Shown: piece after piece, positions 9,596 to 23,100 of the stretch
Layout of the letters: each line of letters starts with the position of its first letter
Numbering within the stretch: the first letter of the stretch is position 1
Assembly: GCA_946965045.2 (NCBI GenBank)
Contig: OX337230.1
Span: 4,092,001-4,156,000, forward strand
Length of the DNA stretch: 64,000 nucleotides
Source of the DNA: Epithemia pelagica
Lineage: Eukaryota; Protista; Bacillariophyta
Direction: 5' to 3'
Translations under genes and position numbers: made by a program
Notes under the pieces: generated by a model
Told to the model about the DNA's origin: nothing
Seen by the model: only the letters and a program-made list of their open reading frames with translations
Databases searched by the model: none

Positions 9596-10937
9596 GGTAT
9601 GGACGAATGCACGGGGGAGGCACTCGGATCAGCCCCCACAGGAGACAAACGACGACGAATGGCGGAGCTTGAATTGCGTCGGACATTGACTGGGGCTCTG
9701 CTAAATGAAGGTTGCAGATCGAGGGCTCAGAAAAGAACGAACCACAGTCCAGACAGAAGACCCATTTCAGCAAAAAAACAACCACACACGGCAATTGAGA
9801 GTTAAACAGCAAGGAAGAAAATCCCAGCATCAGCCTGGATCCCCTATACATGGGACGTTGATCTCAGCCCCAAAATGAAACAAAAACAGGTGGAGCACTA
9901 TGGAGAACGAGGCGCAAAAAGGAGTGGCGGGGGGAAACCGTTACAAAAGGTATGAAAGAGGCCCATAAAGAGGCAGCGCATGCCGTGCTTGCGACATCTC
10001 TTTATGGTCTCGTTCATTCCTTTTGCACGGATATGCCTTTACCACAATGGGCCAACACAAAAAGTCATTGATTGAGGGGCGCGCGCAAGTCTCATTCTAG
10101 ATTTGGAATGTGGCTGGATACGGACTGTGGCTCTCGCCCATATGACTATCAGTAACGTGTGCACATTCCAGCGCTCTCGCCGAATGCAGCAATCCCAACC
10201 ACCACACCCTATTCGAGCTATTATATGGGGTGTGGTGTTTGTGATAAATGCCCAGGCGAGGAAACCGGATCAGCTGCAACGGGAAACGACTTTTGGCGGA
10301 GGTTCCATGGACGAGTGACGGAACCAACCAGTTCCAATGGATTCCTCACAACTCATGGAGAAGCATCCGATGCCCGAATAGCAATGGCCGAGTATTTGAT
10401 GGGACAATGCTGGCAATTCATGGATTTGTGAATGGTGCCTTCCCAACGGGCACTCAGAATTGCTCTCAAACTGCCAGAACAAACGTTGTGTGTTGTGCAA
10501 TGAAATGATTCGAGTACAATGAGATGATTCCAGCATCTCATTGTACTGGAATTATTTCATGGCGCAACGCATTGCACAACACAAAGTTGACATTTTCAGG
10601 AGATGGATTCAATCCATTGAAAAATGGTTGTGCAACGAGACGAAACAAGGTCGGCACAGTAGCGCGCGCGAACCCGGAAATACCAGTGCTTTGTTGTGCC
10701 GTATCATCTATGGAGCCCGATGGAGTAACGCCATTTTGTCGGTAGAGGTTCCTTTATCTGTTTTGTTTTCGATTGACCGGTACTCCTACGACCGACAGAC
10801 ACCTCCGTTCTCAAACAAAACCATCCATTTCTCGTGAAATCAGTCGTGCTTCCAGTCCGCACCCATCAGCATGAGCACATCACAGCGGAGCACAGCAAAC
10901 CACCGAATCATAAATTCTGCAGTCAACGTTTGGAACC

Positions 10938-12040
10938 ATGAGCATGACACTGAAAGAACAAGCATGGCAGTCGGGTCTTGTCCTACCGGACGAAACAGCA
11001 GAATGGAATGAAACCAATTGGCCTCCTCTCGAGGGAAGATGGCGAATCGAACATGCTTCGGTCGTACTGAACCATCCCGATCAGGACAACGATACCAACA
11101 ACAAGGGGCAGACGGTTGTCGTGTTGGGAGGACGTCAACGAGGCCAAGGCGTTGTCAATTCCGTTCTTGTATTAAATTTAACAGATCCAAATAAGCAGTG
11201 GCGAGAAGGACTGCCTATGAATAAGAGTCGTGAAGGACATGCCGCTGTTGTGTGCAACGGAGGGGTCTACGTGATGGGAGGATTCCATGGAAGATATTCG
11301 ATTGTATGGAACGGATTGATTGCAATGATTTGCTACTGCAATCATCTTTTACAACAAGCAGTACGCATGAGAGTTATTGGACAAAATTGAAATGTCGATT
11401 ATCAACGGGACGATATAGATGTTGTGCTGTTGCGGTTCACAATCGATATATTGTGGTAATGGGTGGAAAGAACATGGTGAGAGACTTATCCTCGGTGGAT
11501 ATTCTTGATACCAGTGACCACACTGTCATGAAGGCACCATCCATGACTGCTCCACGAGTATCTTGTTCCAGTGCGGTCGTTGGCCACCGCATCTTTGTCG
11601 TTGGAGGCCATAACGAGTACGGCAATCTTGACTCGGTGGAGTATTTAGACTTTGTAGTGTCAAGTGAGAACGAGGAGACAAGGGTCGAAACTGCTGCTAC
11701 AGTTACGTCCTCCCCGTCTTCGTCCTCTTGGACGACTCACTCGGATCTGGTGCTTTCCGAGCTACGACTTTATTGTACCGTGGTTGCCGTCGGATCTTGT
11801 CTGGTGGTGGCGGCAAACAATCGAACCATGCAAGTCCTGGACACGCACCACAACCGCGTGTGGAATCTCCCAGCACTCATAAATCACCATAGCTGTAGTA
11901 TGGTGACGGTTGCCAATCAAATTGCTATTATTGGTGGATATGAGAATCCAACCTGCGCTACACTGCCACTCATGGACAAGAATTCGTGGTGCTTTCAACT
12001 ACTTTGTGAGCAGCATCCAAACGCATGTTCTCATTCATGA
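10938..12040 (+). pseudogene. Kelch-repeat gene K2 with one frameshift near 11295
   Basis: ORFs 10938..11390 and 11252..12040 carry the N- and C-terminal halves of the family sequence in different frames. A true lesion cannot be told from an assembly indel. Confidence 0.85.
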
Positions 12041-12659
12041 AAAGAAGGAGTGGGTATGAGTATTTGTTGGGACAATGCTGGCAATTCATGGATTTGTGCA
12101 TGGTGCCTTCCAAACGGGCACACTCCGAATTGCTCTCCAACTGTCGGAACAATGAAATGTTGTGTTGTGCAATGAAATAATTCGAGTACAATGAGATGCT
12201 CGAATCATCGTGGAATCATTTCATGGCACAACACAAAGTTGACATGGACTGTAATGCAACGACACACAACCGTGACGGCATCCACTTTGGTTGTGTCGAC
12301 CCAGCGAGATTCCATCATGGTGATTCCATCATGGTACACAGTATGTGAGTTGGGATGGTGTGGTGGTGCATTGTAAATATGAGTTGGGATGGTGTGGTGA
12401 TGCATTGTAAATGACGTGACAAATAGGATACACAACATAACTAAGGAGTTAACATGATCTTCCTAAAAGCTCGTGACGTCAACATGACAAGTATTGGAAA
12501 GTAGATCCTCACTGATATTGCTTCGTCACGTGATATGCAACCTGTTGCACCGTAAGTGCCATCATCTTCGTTGTACCACCATGTCAGACATGTATTGGTC
12601 CTGACAAGGTTGTGCAGGATGTTGCATTCCCATTGGGGATACCCACTCCTTCTCATCAC

Positions 12660-12880
12660 GAATGAGAGCATGCATCCGTTTGGAGGTTGCTCACAGAGTT
12701 GACGAAAACACCACGAATTCCTATCCATGAGTGGTAATGACGCACAGGTTGGATTATCATATCCACCAATCACGGCCACTTGATTGGCAACAGTCACCAT
12801 ACTGCAGCCATAATGGCGATTTTCGAGTGGTGGGCGATTCTACACGTGGTTGTGGTTGTGGTTGAGGGGCGTATCCAAGA
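12660..12880 (-). pseudogene. Kelch gene C-terminal fragment
   Basis: MVTVANQVAVIGGYDNPTCASLPLMDRNSWCFRQLCEQPPNG matches the family C-terminus; there is no upstream part. Confidence 0.75.
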
Positions 12881-13297
12881 TTTCCACAAAGATTGTTTTG
12901 TTGGAGAACAAAACGCTTTCTACTATAGAATTTGAAATATAATGATTATTCTCCACACAATTTCGCCATTTTAGGACATGGAGACGCTACATCAGCTCCG
13001 GATGGATCCATGAATCGATGTGGTCTTGCTTGTTCTCGTGACAAATGAGAGGCACAGACGTTTGCCGTAGACTCATGCAAAACTAGCGTAAGGAATGGGC
13101 GCATTGTCCTGGAACGGTTGACTTGTGTTTACTACAAAGCGTTGCGTCCTTTGTTGGAGCTTATGCGAATCCTAGTAGTTACTTCGTCCGAAACCAATCA
13201 CTGCAATGTAGTCGGCGAACGCCCAATTCTATTACAACAACCAACAACCAACACAAGTGTCATCCTTCCGTTTCGCAAGGTCGATTTCATTCCATTG

Positions 13298-14449
13298 CTA
13301 ATTCCATCCGTTTGGAGGTTGCCCACAGAGTCGTTGAAAGCACAACGAATTCTTGTCCATGAGTGGCAGTGTCAAACAGGTAGAATTCTCATATCCACCA
13401 ATAATGGCAACTTGATTGGTAACAGTCACCATTTTGCAGCCTGTACGGCCATTCTCGAGTGATGGGAGGTTCCAAACGCGGTTGCGGTTCGTATCTAATA
13501 CTTCCACGGTTCGACAATGTCCTCCCGCCACCACCAGACAAGATCCCACGGCAACCACTGTACAAGAACATTGTGGCCTGGAAAGCACCAGATCAGAGTG
13601 AGTCGTCCAAGAGGACGAGGAAAAAGTCACTGTAGCAGCAGTTTCCACCTTTGTCTCCTCGTTCTCACTTGGCGGCGCTGTAAAGTTTAAATACTCCACC
13701 GTGCCAAGTATGTCTTGATTGTTATCGCCCCCAACGACAAAAATGCGATGACCAACGACCGCACTGACACACCATCGTCGTGGAACAGCAAGGCTTGGCC
13801 CTGCAGTGACAGTATGGCTCGTCGTATCAATAATCTCCACCGAGGACAAGGTCGCCATGTTCTTTCCACCCATTACAACAATATATCGATTGTGAACCGC
13901 AACAGCACAACATCCATATCGTCCCGTTGACAATCGACAGTTTAATGTCGTCCAATGACTCTCATACGTACTGCTTGTCGTAAAAGATGATTGCAGTAGC
14001 AAATCATTGGCATCGATTCGTTCGATACAATCCATATATTCGTCGTCTATTATACTGTATCCTCCCATTACGTAGACAGCTCCGTTGCACACCACAGCAG
14101 CACGTCCATCACATTTCTTGCTCATGGGTGGCCCTTCGCGCCACTGCTTGTTCGATTCTGCCAAATTTAATACAAGAACGGAATTGACAGGGCCGACAGA
14201 GCCTTGGTCATGTTGACGTCCCCCCAACACGACCACGGTTTGTCTCGCACTATTAATGTGGGTGTCGTTCTCACGGTTCGTATTCGTATGATCGCGAGGA
14301 TGATGATGATGATTCAGTACGACCGTAGCATGCTGGAAACGCCATCCTCCCTCGAGAGGAGGCCAATCGGTTTCATTCCATTGCGCTGTTTCGTCCGGTA
14401 GGAAAAGCCCCGACTGCCATGCTTGTTGTTTCAGTGTGGTGGTGGCCAT
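13298..14449 (-). CDS. Kelch-repeat protein K3 (open frame)
   Basis: Repeated GG-Y/W Kelch units (VYVMGGY, IVVMGGK, IFVVGGD, LVVAGGH, VAIIGGY). Likely start MATTTLKQQAW at 14449. Confidence 0.9.
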   Translation of the reverse strand: MATTTLKQQAWQSGLFLPDETAQWNETDWPPLEGGWRFQHATVVLNHHHHPRDHTNTNRENDTHINSARQTVVVLGGRQHDQGSVGPVNSVLVLNLAESNKQWREGPPMSKKCDGRAAVVCNGAVYVMGGYSIIDDEYMDCIERIDANDLLLQSSFTTSSTYESHWTTLNCRLSTGRYGCCAVAVHNRYIVVMGGKNMATLSSVEIIDTTSHTVTAGPSLAVPRRWCVSAVVGHRIFVVGGDNNQDILGTVEYLNFTAPPSENEETKVETAATVTFSSSSWTTHSDLVLSRPQCSCTVVAVGSCLVVAGGHCRTVEVLDTNRNRVWNLPSLENGRTGCKMVTVTNQVAIIGGYENSTCLTLPLMDKNSLCFQRLCGQPPNGWN

Positions 14450-14897
14450 TGTTCCTTCCAACAGGAAACCGTCGAGCAAAAGTGTTGGATGAGCAAATCG
14501 CGTGCAAGCTTTTTTAGTGTGTGGTTGAGAACGGAGGTCTCGGTTCCTCGTAGGAGTACAATCGAACAAAGCACGATGGAAATGGACCGAATGGGCTCCA
14601 CAAAAAATGATGCGGCACAAAACAAAAAGTACTGGTATTTCCGGGTTCAACACGTACGGCGGACGGACAATGACGAACGCTGGGGGGGGCGAAACACGAA
14701 ACACACCCTTTTTTGCGTTCCACGTTCCACCCTAAATCCCAACATCTTCTGTGGGCGGTTCCTCTGACTGAGTGCCTCCGGGCGCCTCTCACGTTTTATT
14801 ACAAGTATTATAGTGGCGATGGCGAGATTTTTTGAGCTGTCACACTTTTTTGCCGTTTCGGCAAGAGCACAACAACAACAGAACACAACCCAGCACC

Positions 14898-17018
14898 ATG
14901 GGACGCTATTGTCTTGAGGATGACGACCACAATGACACTAGGGTTACGACGAATGGTGGAAGAAATTGGACCTTTGTGGCACAAGAAGGAGAGGAAGGAT
15001 CTCTCGTCCCCTACAACGATTCCACAAGGTCGTCGTTGTCTTGGTCGAATCCTAATGGGTCCATGCCACAACACTACCATCCGCAACAACACCAACAACG
15101 ACCCATTGTCTATGTTGTTTCCAGTCGACACCACGACTGGTATGATGATCCAAACACAGAGGACGACCATGATTCTTCCCATCATGTTCGTCGTCGTCGT
15201 GGTTGGTGTGGTTGGTGCGGCTGGGTCGGAGTGACACTGTTCTCGCTCTTGATGGTTTCCTGCTGGCACTATGGTCCTCCAGCTCCTCCACCACCCACAA
15301 CAACAACTTCGTCGTCTTCCTGGACGATGACGACGTGCTCCGCAAGTCTGGAGGACACTGCAACCACAACAAGTTCGGATGCTTGTCGTGCCGAACGACT
15401 GTATGACAACGACAACGACAATCATGACAAGGACAAGGAGCCCCTGTCGTGGACTGAATATCGACAGTATCACACGGCGGCCTTGCTGCAATCCTTGCGG
15501 GCCACGGTGTGGGATACCACGTGGCATGTCGTGTCGTGGACGGGCATTCAAGTCTGGTACGATGTGCAATCGATCCGTCAGGCCCTGACGCAATTTTTGC
15601 ATCAAACCTGGGATGCGGTTCGATATGGCACTTGCTGTTCGCTTCACACAGCCCTATCGTCGTCATCGACACCTACAGTCGCCGACTTGTATCCCTACTT
15701 GCTGGAGCATTTCCCTTCCGCTACCGCGCAACCCCATGCCATGTTGCCCTTTGTTCAAGCATTGGAAACCCATTTTGGTGGGGTTTCACCACCACAACAA
15801 TCACAATCGCCACAATCACAATCACCACTGGTACTTTGGGCGTCGCAAATGACTCCTGGATTGGCCGTCCCCGAATGGATCGAGTCGACCCTGGAATTTT
15901 TGCTGCCCCACTGTCCCCGTTCCAAACGACCGTGGGCCATCCTGTCGGTCCCCTTGGTGTCGCCAATGTCGTCGTCGACCAGCCGTACTTTGTTCCACAT
16001 TCCTCCAAATGACGACGACGAACAACAACAACAACAAGAACAACGAGCCTTGGAATGGATCCAAACCTTGCGTCGCACCGTCGAACCATGGCAGGGGCGG
16101 GGTGGAATTGTCCTGGTCCAACAGGCCGATCGTTTGCCCACGGCCGTCCTCGAATGGTTGCTCCTCCTGGGCAGCAGTGGATCGTCGTCTTCATCATTTG
16201 AGAACGACAAGTGGACATTGCCACCCACTACTACCAGCTCCACCACTAGCACGCAACAGCAACAACAACAACGTCTCTTTGCCTCGACCATTGTGATTCT
16301 CACATCGGAAACCATTGGTCGATCCAGCATGGCACGACACTTGAGACTGCAACCCTCCATTCGGGACATTTCACGATCGTCTTTGGTGTTGGACATTCAA
16401 CACGAAGTGGCCACGCATTTTCTAGCCAAACAATCCAAGAACAACCATAACAACAACCACAAACAGAACAACAAGCAGAACCACCATTTTCCCGTGGAAC
16501 ACTTGGTGGTCTTGCCCTTTTGGTATGTGACGCGTTCCACGGTACAAGACGACGCCCTTGATGTGGCCCTGCAACGCTTGACCGATACACTGCAGTCCTC
16601 TGGTAAATTGTCGTCATCCTCTTCCTTGGCGGTCACGCATACCTTGCGTCAGGAATGGACCAGTCCCCAACGCATGGAATGGATTCAATTAACCGTCCTG
16701 GTACCAACCTCCACCACGACAATAGACACTACCGACTCATCCTCGTCCTCCTCCTCGACAACGACGGCCGTGTCATTGGAAATTTCCACTCAAGGCATGA
16801 CGCCCCTCCTGGATCACGTGCGTGTCGTGGAACCCAAAGTACGGCACTGTCTCGAGTCATCATCGTCATCGTCGTCCAAGAATAAGCACCCAACCAACGA
16901 CCCTTCGTACACGCTCGACTATGATCCCGCGACGCAACAAGTCGTGTTGCTCCAGCAAGACTGCTTTCAACCCGAAACGACCTTGGAATGTCCACCCATT
17001 TGTTCCTTTTACTTTTAG
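14898..17018 (+). CDS. Membrane-anchored protein with degenerate torsin/AAA+-like domain
   Basis: TM segment WCGWVGVTLFSLLMVSCW. Segments QPHAMLPFVQAL, PLVLWAS, IVLVQQADRLP and FASTIVILTSETIG resemble torsin GQH, PLVLSFHG, Walker B and IFIFLSN blocks, but without catalytic residues. Confidence 0.5.
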   Translation: MGRYCLEDDDHNDTRVTTNGGRNWTFVAQEGEEGSLVPYNDSTRSSLSWSNPNGSMPQHYHPQQHQQRPIVYVVSSRHHDWYDDPNTEDDHDSSHHVRRRRGWCGWCGWVGVTLFSLLMVSCWHYGPPAPPPPTTTTSSSSWTMTTCSASLEDTATTTSSDACRAERLYDNDNDNHDKDKEPLSWTEYRQYHTAALLQSLRATVWDTTWHVVSWTGIQVWYDVQSIRQALTQFLHQTWDAVRYGTCCSLHTALSSSSTPTVADLYPYLLEHFPSATAQPHAMLPFVQALETHFGGVSPPQQSQSPQSQSPLVLWASQMTPGLAVPEWIESTLEFLLPHCPRSKRPWAILSVPLVSPMSSSTSRTLFHIPPNDDDEQQQQQEQRALEWIQTLRRTVEPWQGRGGIVLVQQADRLPTAVLEWLLLLGSSGSSSSSFENDKWTLPPTTTSSTTSTQQQQQQRLFASTIVILTSETIGRSSMARHLRLQPSIRDISRSSLVLDIQHEVATHFLAKQSKNNHNNNHKQNNKQNHHFPVEHLVVLPFWYVTRSTVQDDALDVALQRLTDTLQSSGKLSSSSSLAVTHTLRQEWTSPQRMEWIQLTVLVPTSTTTIDTTDSSSSSSSTTTAVSLEISTQGMTPLLDHVRVVEPKVRHCLESSSSSSSKNKHPTNDPSYTLDYDPATQQVVLLQQDCFQPETTLECPPICSFYF

Positions 17019-17172
17019 TATACACACACACGCAAGAACACCGACGCAACACCAACAAACAAGAGAGCGAGAGAGAGAGTGACGGTTGTGGTAGTCTGGA
17101 TCACAACCACAAGACAATGGTCACAGCGTTTGAGCAACGGTGCTGCTATATTCTATGATATGAATAGACTAC

Positions 17173-20100
17173 CTAGGATCCTTCCGCAGGAGGCATTGAG
17201 GTATGAAAGGGTCCATTTTGGGCTCCAAAAATATTGTCGGGATCCATGGCCTCTTTGATTTGCTGCAGGGCCTGTCGCGTCGGAGGCGACTGGACCTGGT
17301 CCAGGAAATGGGACCGATGTTTGCCAAGGCCATGATGATGACTCAGCGATCCACCGCATCGCAAAATCTCTTGCCGGGCACCTTCTTCCAACTGGCCAAA
17401 GACGGACAAGGGATCCACAATGCCCTTGGAACTCATGCACAAATAAAAGTAGAGACACACGCCATCCGAATAGAGTTGCGTGACACGACACCCCAAAAAG
17501 GGTTTTCCGGGTAGATGGAGACGTTCGTGTAGTTGACGAACCACCGTCTTGGTTCCTTTTACAATCGAGTGTACCGTGGACCAGGGAGCAAAGGTTTCAA
17601 AGGATTCTCCCAGAATCTGGTAGCTCATGGCAAAATCACGTAGATAGGCAATCATAAAGGTCATTTCGTAGGCGCGTTGACCAGCCTGTCGACCCAGGCG
17701 AAGGCCTCCGTAGGACTTGGTCAAGCCACGAATCATGGTTTGTTGCGCTTGTACCTCGGCCTGGGAACCTTCGTATCCCACTGCCAGACACACGGCACGG
17801 CTCTTGTTGTTCTTGTTCAGGAACAGGGCCAATAAGGAATGAGCTAGTGTTTCTTTTGCCTTTTCGTACAAGGATTCGGGGTCGGGACGAAGGGCTTGAC
17901 CCAGTTGAAAATGTTCATGATCCAGTAAACGAACACTGGCCGGAACGAGAGTCGATTGCCGCGAAAGGTCTCGAAGGAGATGTACCCCACTCTCCCAATC
18001 GGGCAACAAGATTGCCTCGTGGTCACAAATCTCGGGCAGTCGTTGAATGCGCAAGACGGCCGAGACTATAATCCCCAAACATCCTTCGGATCCCAGTAAC
18101 AAGGCCGTCAGGTCGACACCACAGGATTCTCGTCCCCAATGGCCATGGTTCATCAACCCTCCTGCTCCCACCACTTGGATTCCAGTCACAATATCTTCAA
18201 TATTGCCATATCGGTTCCGCTTCATACCACTCGCTTTGGTGGCAATCCAGCCGCCCAGAGTACTGAATTCCATACTATCCGGTTCGTGTCCCACCGTGTA
18301 GCCGAAACGGTTCAACTGCTCATTCAACTCCTTGCCCGTAATGCCAGCCTGAACGTGGGCCAGGTGATTTTCGTAGTCCATCTTGATCACTTGATTCAGT
18401 TTACTCATATCAACCGAAATGATCGGACGGGGCTCTTGTTGAATGGTGGGACAACAGATGGCTCGGGAAACGCACGTTCCACCACCATAGGGGATGAGAC
18501 ACCATTGTCCCTTGGCCAAGGTCACCAGAGCGAGGACCTCGTTGGACGTGGCAGGCCAAACCACCACGTCCGGAATACGGAGTTTCTCACCAAACCGAAT
18601 GTTGTACACGTCGGACAATGCATGCCCCGTGCCGTGACGGGTCCGGTCGTGAATATCCATAGAAACTGTCTGGCATACTTGGCGAAGCGATTCTACTTCG
18701 GCTTGCCCGAGCGCTGACGCCATTGTAGCTTCGTGTTCATCTAGTTTGACAAGAACTCCGCATTCTTCTGTTGGATCGATCTTGACCCCAACTGCTTTCT
18801 CCACGAATGGAATCAACTTGGAGAATCGTTTCCCGCCACGCATATAGCGATCCCCAGTGACGGACACATGGGGTCGGTCTGTTCTCGATACATTCAAAAC
18901 AAACGACGTATCATGAAACCCCCAAAAGCCAAGCCTCTCTTTCGACGGCAGGATATACGGATGGATTGGAGTCACCGATCGAGGTTTCGTCCGTTTCAGG
19001 GTTCCAACCGCCTTCACACCCGCCGCTGCTCGGAGCAAAATGACAGGTACCGTTTTGTCGTTCCTCGATGCGAGCTGTAATACATGATCTGCCGCTGGAT
19101 CGGGGAATCCATCCTGCTTTAATTGCTGGATTGCGTTGGCGATTGCTTGGTCCGCTCGCGCAAATTGGTTTCCCAGGCACTGGGCCACTTGCCTCACTTT
19201 GGCCGAGTCCCGAATTTCTGTGGACACACCAGCGAGAGGGATCTTACTCAGCCACAAAGACCAGCGGGGATACTCCTCTCGGATTAATGGCTCATACACA
19301 TGTGCCATATGCAACACAATCGTCCACAATTCACAATCATCCTCCGGAAGCGTCAATTTCTGGCTGATTGCAGTTTCGTTTTCCCATCTCGGGCAATTCA
19401 TCGTCTCAAGACAAGTTGCGATGGTCTGTTCGGAAAGGGAAAAGAGTTTGGCAGCGGCAGCAATGTGGAACGAAGAAGCCACCAATAGCTTCTGCTGTCG
19501 CCTTTGAACTTCCAGAGCTACGGCTTCTGCGGAACCTTTCAAATTCTCTCCAACCGGCAAGATGGGCGCTGCGGCAATGTGGATTCGTCCAAGTGAAACT
19601 TCTCCAGCTACTACTCGCTGAAGTAAACAACGCAAGAAATGTGAGGTTCCATTCAGTGCAGAGGTTTCTCGTTTCAAAAACAATCCGCAACATGTTACTG
19701 ACCCTTAACCAAGAGACAAGACCACTCAAGTTCAATCCATGCCCAGCGCCGTCGCGGAGCTCCGACGACAGAGCTTCCTGCTCTGCAATTCGTTCGTAGT
19801 TGATTGTGATTGGCAGAATGGCACACGATGGATCTGCGGCTTGGATCTGACGGATCAGCCCCGTCTTGGGTGGGACAAATCGCCGATCCCTGCTTCTAGT
19901 ACCTTCAATATACACCTCCATGACCACAGACTCATTCGACAAGCATTCGGCTACTTCCTTGGACGCTTGATCAACACCTGTTTTTCCACGTCCACGAAAC
20001 ACATAAAACATGCGAAACAAGGGTATGATCCAGGCGAATATGGGAAGACTGCTAAATTCAAAGGCGGCAGCAATGACCGGAAGGTCAATCTGCAACTCCG

Positions 20101-23100
20101 GGACAGAAAAACAAATAAAACTGACCAGCAGAAAATCAAAGAACGATCGATGGGTTGGTGCCAGAAGAAGCCTGCGTTTGGCCGCTGGCAAGGTTTCGCG
20201 TAAATGTTTAGCGAAGGAACTCACGTCCACTGTAACCTCACTGCAAACTCGGCGAAGCAGGATGGAAAGAAACCAAGCGGCAAAACGCTCCGGAAAACGT
20301 CCTCGAGGCTGCCCAAAGGCCCAAAGTAAATCACTGAACCAAGAGGAATGTTTCCGTCGTCCAGCAATGATTTTTCTTTCAACGCTCCGGTCCCCACTCT
20401 GGTCCTTTTTCAACTTGACCGAGAATTTGTGTGCTGCCAACGCACTCTGAAAAGCATACCGATCCCCCACAAACTCGGACGGAGCCACCAACTCCGAAGA
20501 AAAGTAGTAGGATGTTGTAGAAAAGGAGAGAAACAAGACTGGCAAGTCCAGAAAGGGCAGGACCCGGCGTGTCTTGGTGCAATCCAGACTAATCCATTCC
20601 GCTACGTGAATTGCCAGGGTAAACGGGCCAATGACGAGCCATGAATGTAGCAGTCGATAGAGATCAATCCCTGGATTCAAACGAGGCATGACTCGCGTGG
20701 TGACAAAAAGGCCAATGCACGCTGTAAGACGACTAAAGTATCCCATAAAGGCACCCAGCTGTGTCACAGCAACCGCAAAGTCCAGCCAGCTAAACAAAGC
20801 ACTTGATGGAGAGGCAACATCCCACGTAGCATTGTAAATTAAAGCACCATGGGAGTTTGTGTCCTCCTGGTGGCGTTTTTCACCGTTGGTCAGACCTCCT
20901 GGAGAATGATGATACCCATTCTGCCTTGTACGGTTCCTTCTTTCGAATGCCTTTTTCAAAATAAATCGTGAAAGCACATCGACCGGGATACAAGGAACGA
21001 TTTGAGGACCAAAGTACCAAAGATTCCATTGAAAGTTCAGGTAGAGACAGGCCGCGGCGACAAAGGTGGATGGTTTCTTTCCCGACCATCCCTCAAAGGG
21101 GTACTGCACAGCCGGCCCCACAATACTGGGTCGAACAATGACCGTCTTGACGCTCGATTGAGTCAAGAGGTGTTCGCAGACACATTTGCTAAAGGTGTAG
21201 GTATTGGGGAAACCAGACTCTTGGTAGCATTTCGAGGCCAGGTATTGGGAACCCAGCATGGACTGATACACTTCCGAGGCATGGTAGGGTTCCAAGGAGA
21301 AGAGTTTCTCGGGGAGAGGTTTGGACCGACTGCCGGTTTGGGATCCATGGACAAACGCCGTGCTCAAATGCACAAAGGTTACATTGGGATGCGCCATGCG
21401 CGCCGTCAGTTGCTGTAGTTCCAAGGGAGCCGAAATGTTGCATCGGGCCGCCTGCTCGAGGGGTTGGGTGAAATGAACAGCGGCTGCACAATGAAAGACA
21501 TGTGTAATGGAGGTATCCGTCAAGAGTCGTCTTTGATCGGAACTGGACAAGCCCAAGCCCGGTAATGTGACGTCGCCTTCCATGACTTGTAGTAACTTGT
21601 CTAACGATTCCTCTGTGGCTGTGAGGGAGGAAAATAATGGTTGCGACAAGAGGGTACGAATACGTCGAGAGGCTCCTTCGCCCTTTTTCGCTCGACACAA
21701 GACGATAATTTTGTCGAGACCCAATTCCCGGTAGTGTTGGATGAGATCGTACAGTAGCATGGATCCAATAAAGCCCGTCACACCCGTCACAAATACCGTT
21801 CGTTTCGGGACGTTGTCGTCATTGTCCGAAGATGGCAGTTGCAGACAGTGCAAGGCTTCCATGACGGGAGGAGGATCTGTGTCGTGGTGGGAATCGCCCT
21901 CGGAGGCGCCGGGGTTTGCTTCGTTTTCGTGACGACTCGTGATGAGTCCACAATACCGGGCAAAGGCATGGGAATGATGGAGGTAAAAGTCCGCCATGGA
22001 CCATACAATGAACCACACAAAGACGGCGCCACACACGGCCATTCCCAATACCACGGGGAGACAGGTCCATACCACCGAACGTGCATACCACATGACCACC
22101 GCCATTAATCCGAGACTCGCTTGATACCACTGTCGTTTCGTCCGTGACATGTTGGGAGTGTGTGAGAAAGTGGCACCCTGGTTGGAAGCAAAGGTGGTCG
22201 AAGCAGCCTCGAGTGCCGCACACAAGTCGGCTCGGTCGTGGGGCAAAGCCAGCGACGACAACGAGGTGATTGGCAGGTACAACAAGTCTTGCATCCACGT
22301 GTGGGCCTGTGGACAACCCGGGACAGTCACCAGTTGCGAGGCACTCCGTGAGACATCCCAACCATGGTGAAACCGAATCCAATCCTCCACCGTCGTACGA
22401 TTCGACTTGTTCTTGTCCTCCTCCATGGGTGGTTTGTGTCGGGGATACCGAATGGGCAACAACCAAAAGGTGGGTGCCGCTGCCGTGGAATCGACCTTCG
22501 TATTCTTGGGGACGGACGGATATCGAATCGGTACGTAGGAGGCTGGCAAGCGCTGAATCACGTCGACTCCACAGGCACGTCGCATCTGGACCACGTCTCG
22601 AGTCTGGGATGCTTGTTGCAAGCGACGCAACATCAAGGCCAACAAGGGCACACAGGGTTGACAGCGCACTTGTTGTAACAACTGTCGATTTGAACCAGAC
22701 GACGACGACGAAAAACCTCGTACCATGGATCGAGCCACGGAATCCAAATTATATCCCCAAACTTGAACGACTAACCACACCATCCACTGGTACACGATCG
22801 GATGCTGTGTCACGAGTCGAATCCCCAGAGCCGGAAGGACACTCCGCAGCAAATAGCTCGTGACGGACTGTGGTCGATACAAGGCGGACGAGTCTTGCAA
22901 TCGATTCATTTGCTGCCCCAAGGAATCCACCGGCGGTTTCGTGCCGTGGTTGTTGTGGTTGTCGGCGTGGTCGTCATGGTTCCGGGTGTGTTGTCGTACC
23001 ACCGCCAGGCCTCCACCGAGGGCTGTCGCCGTTTTGATGAAACCAAAGGAAAACAAGGACATGTCAGCTTGGGGCGCGCCCAGGTAGCCCCCGTGACCAC

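Noticed and set aside
9850-10600. Short ORFs between K1 and K2
   Set aside because: Part of the region duplicates the K2 3' flank (10390-10530 vs 12056-12200), and no coherent coding frame was found.
12347-12412. 34-bp direct repeat x2 and nearby 13-bp repeats as a CRISPR-like array
   Set aside because: There are only two adjacent copies and no unique spacers, in a eukaryotic context. This is an ordinary tandem duplication.
19406-19702. C-terminal tail of the 1710-aa track ORF and N-terminus of the 836-aa ORF as real protein ends
   Set aside because: Both are read-through of the 85-nt intron. Splicing joins the acyltransferase and AGPS parts in frame.
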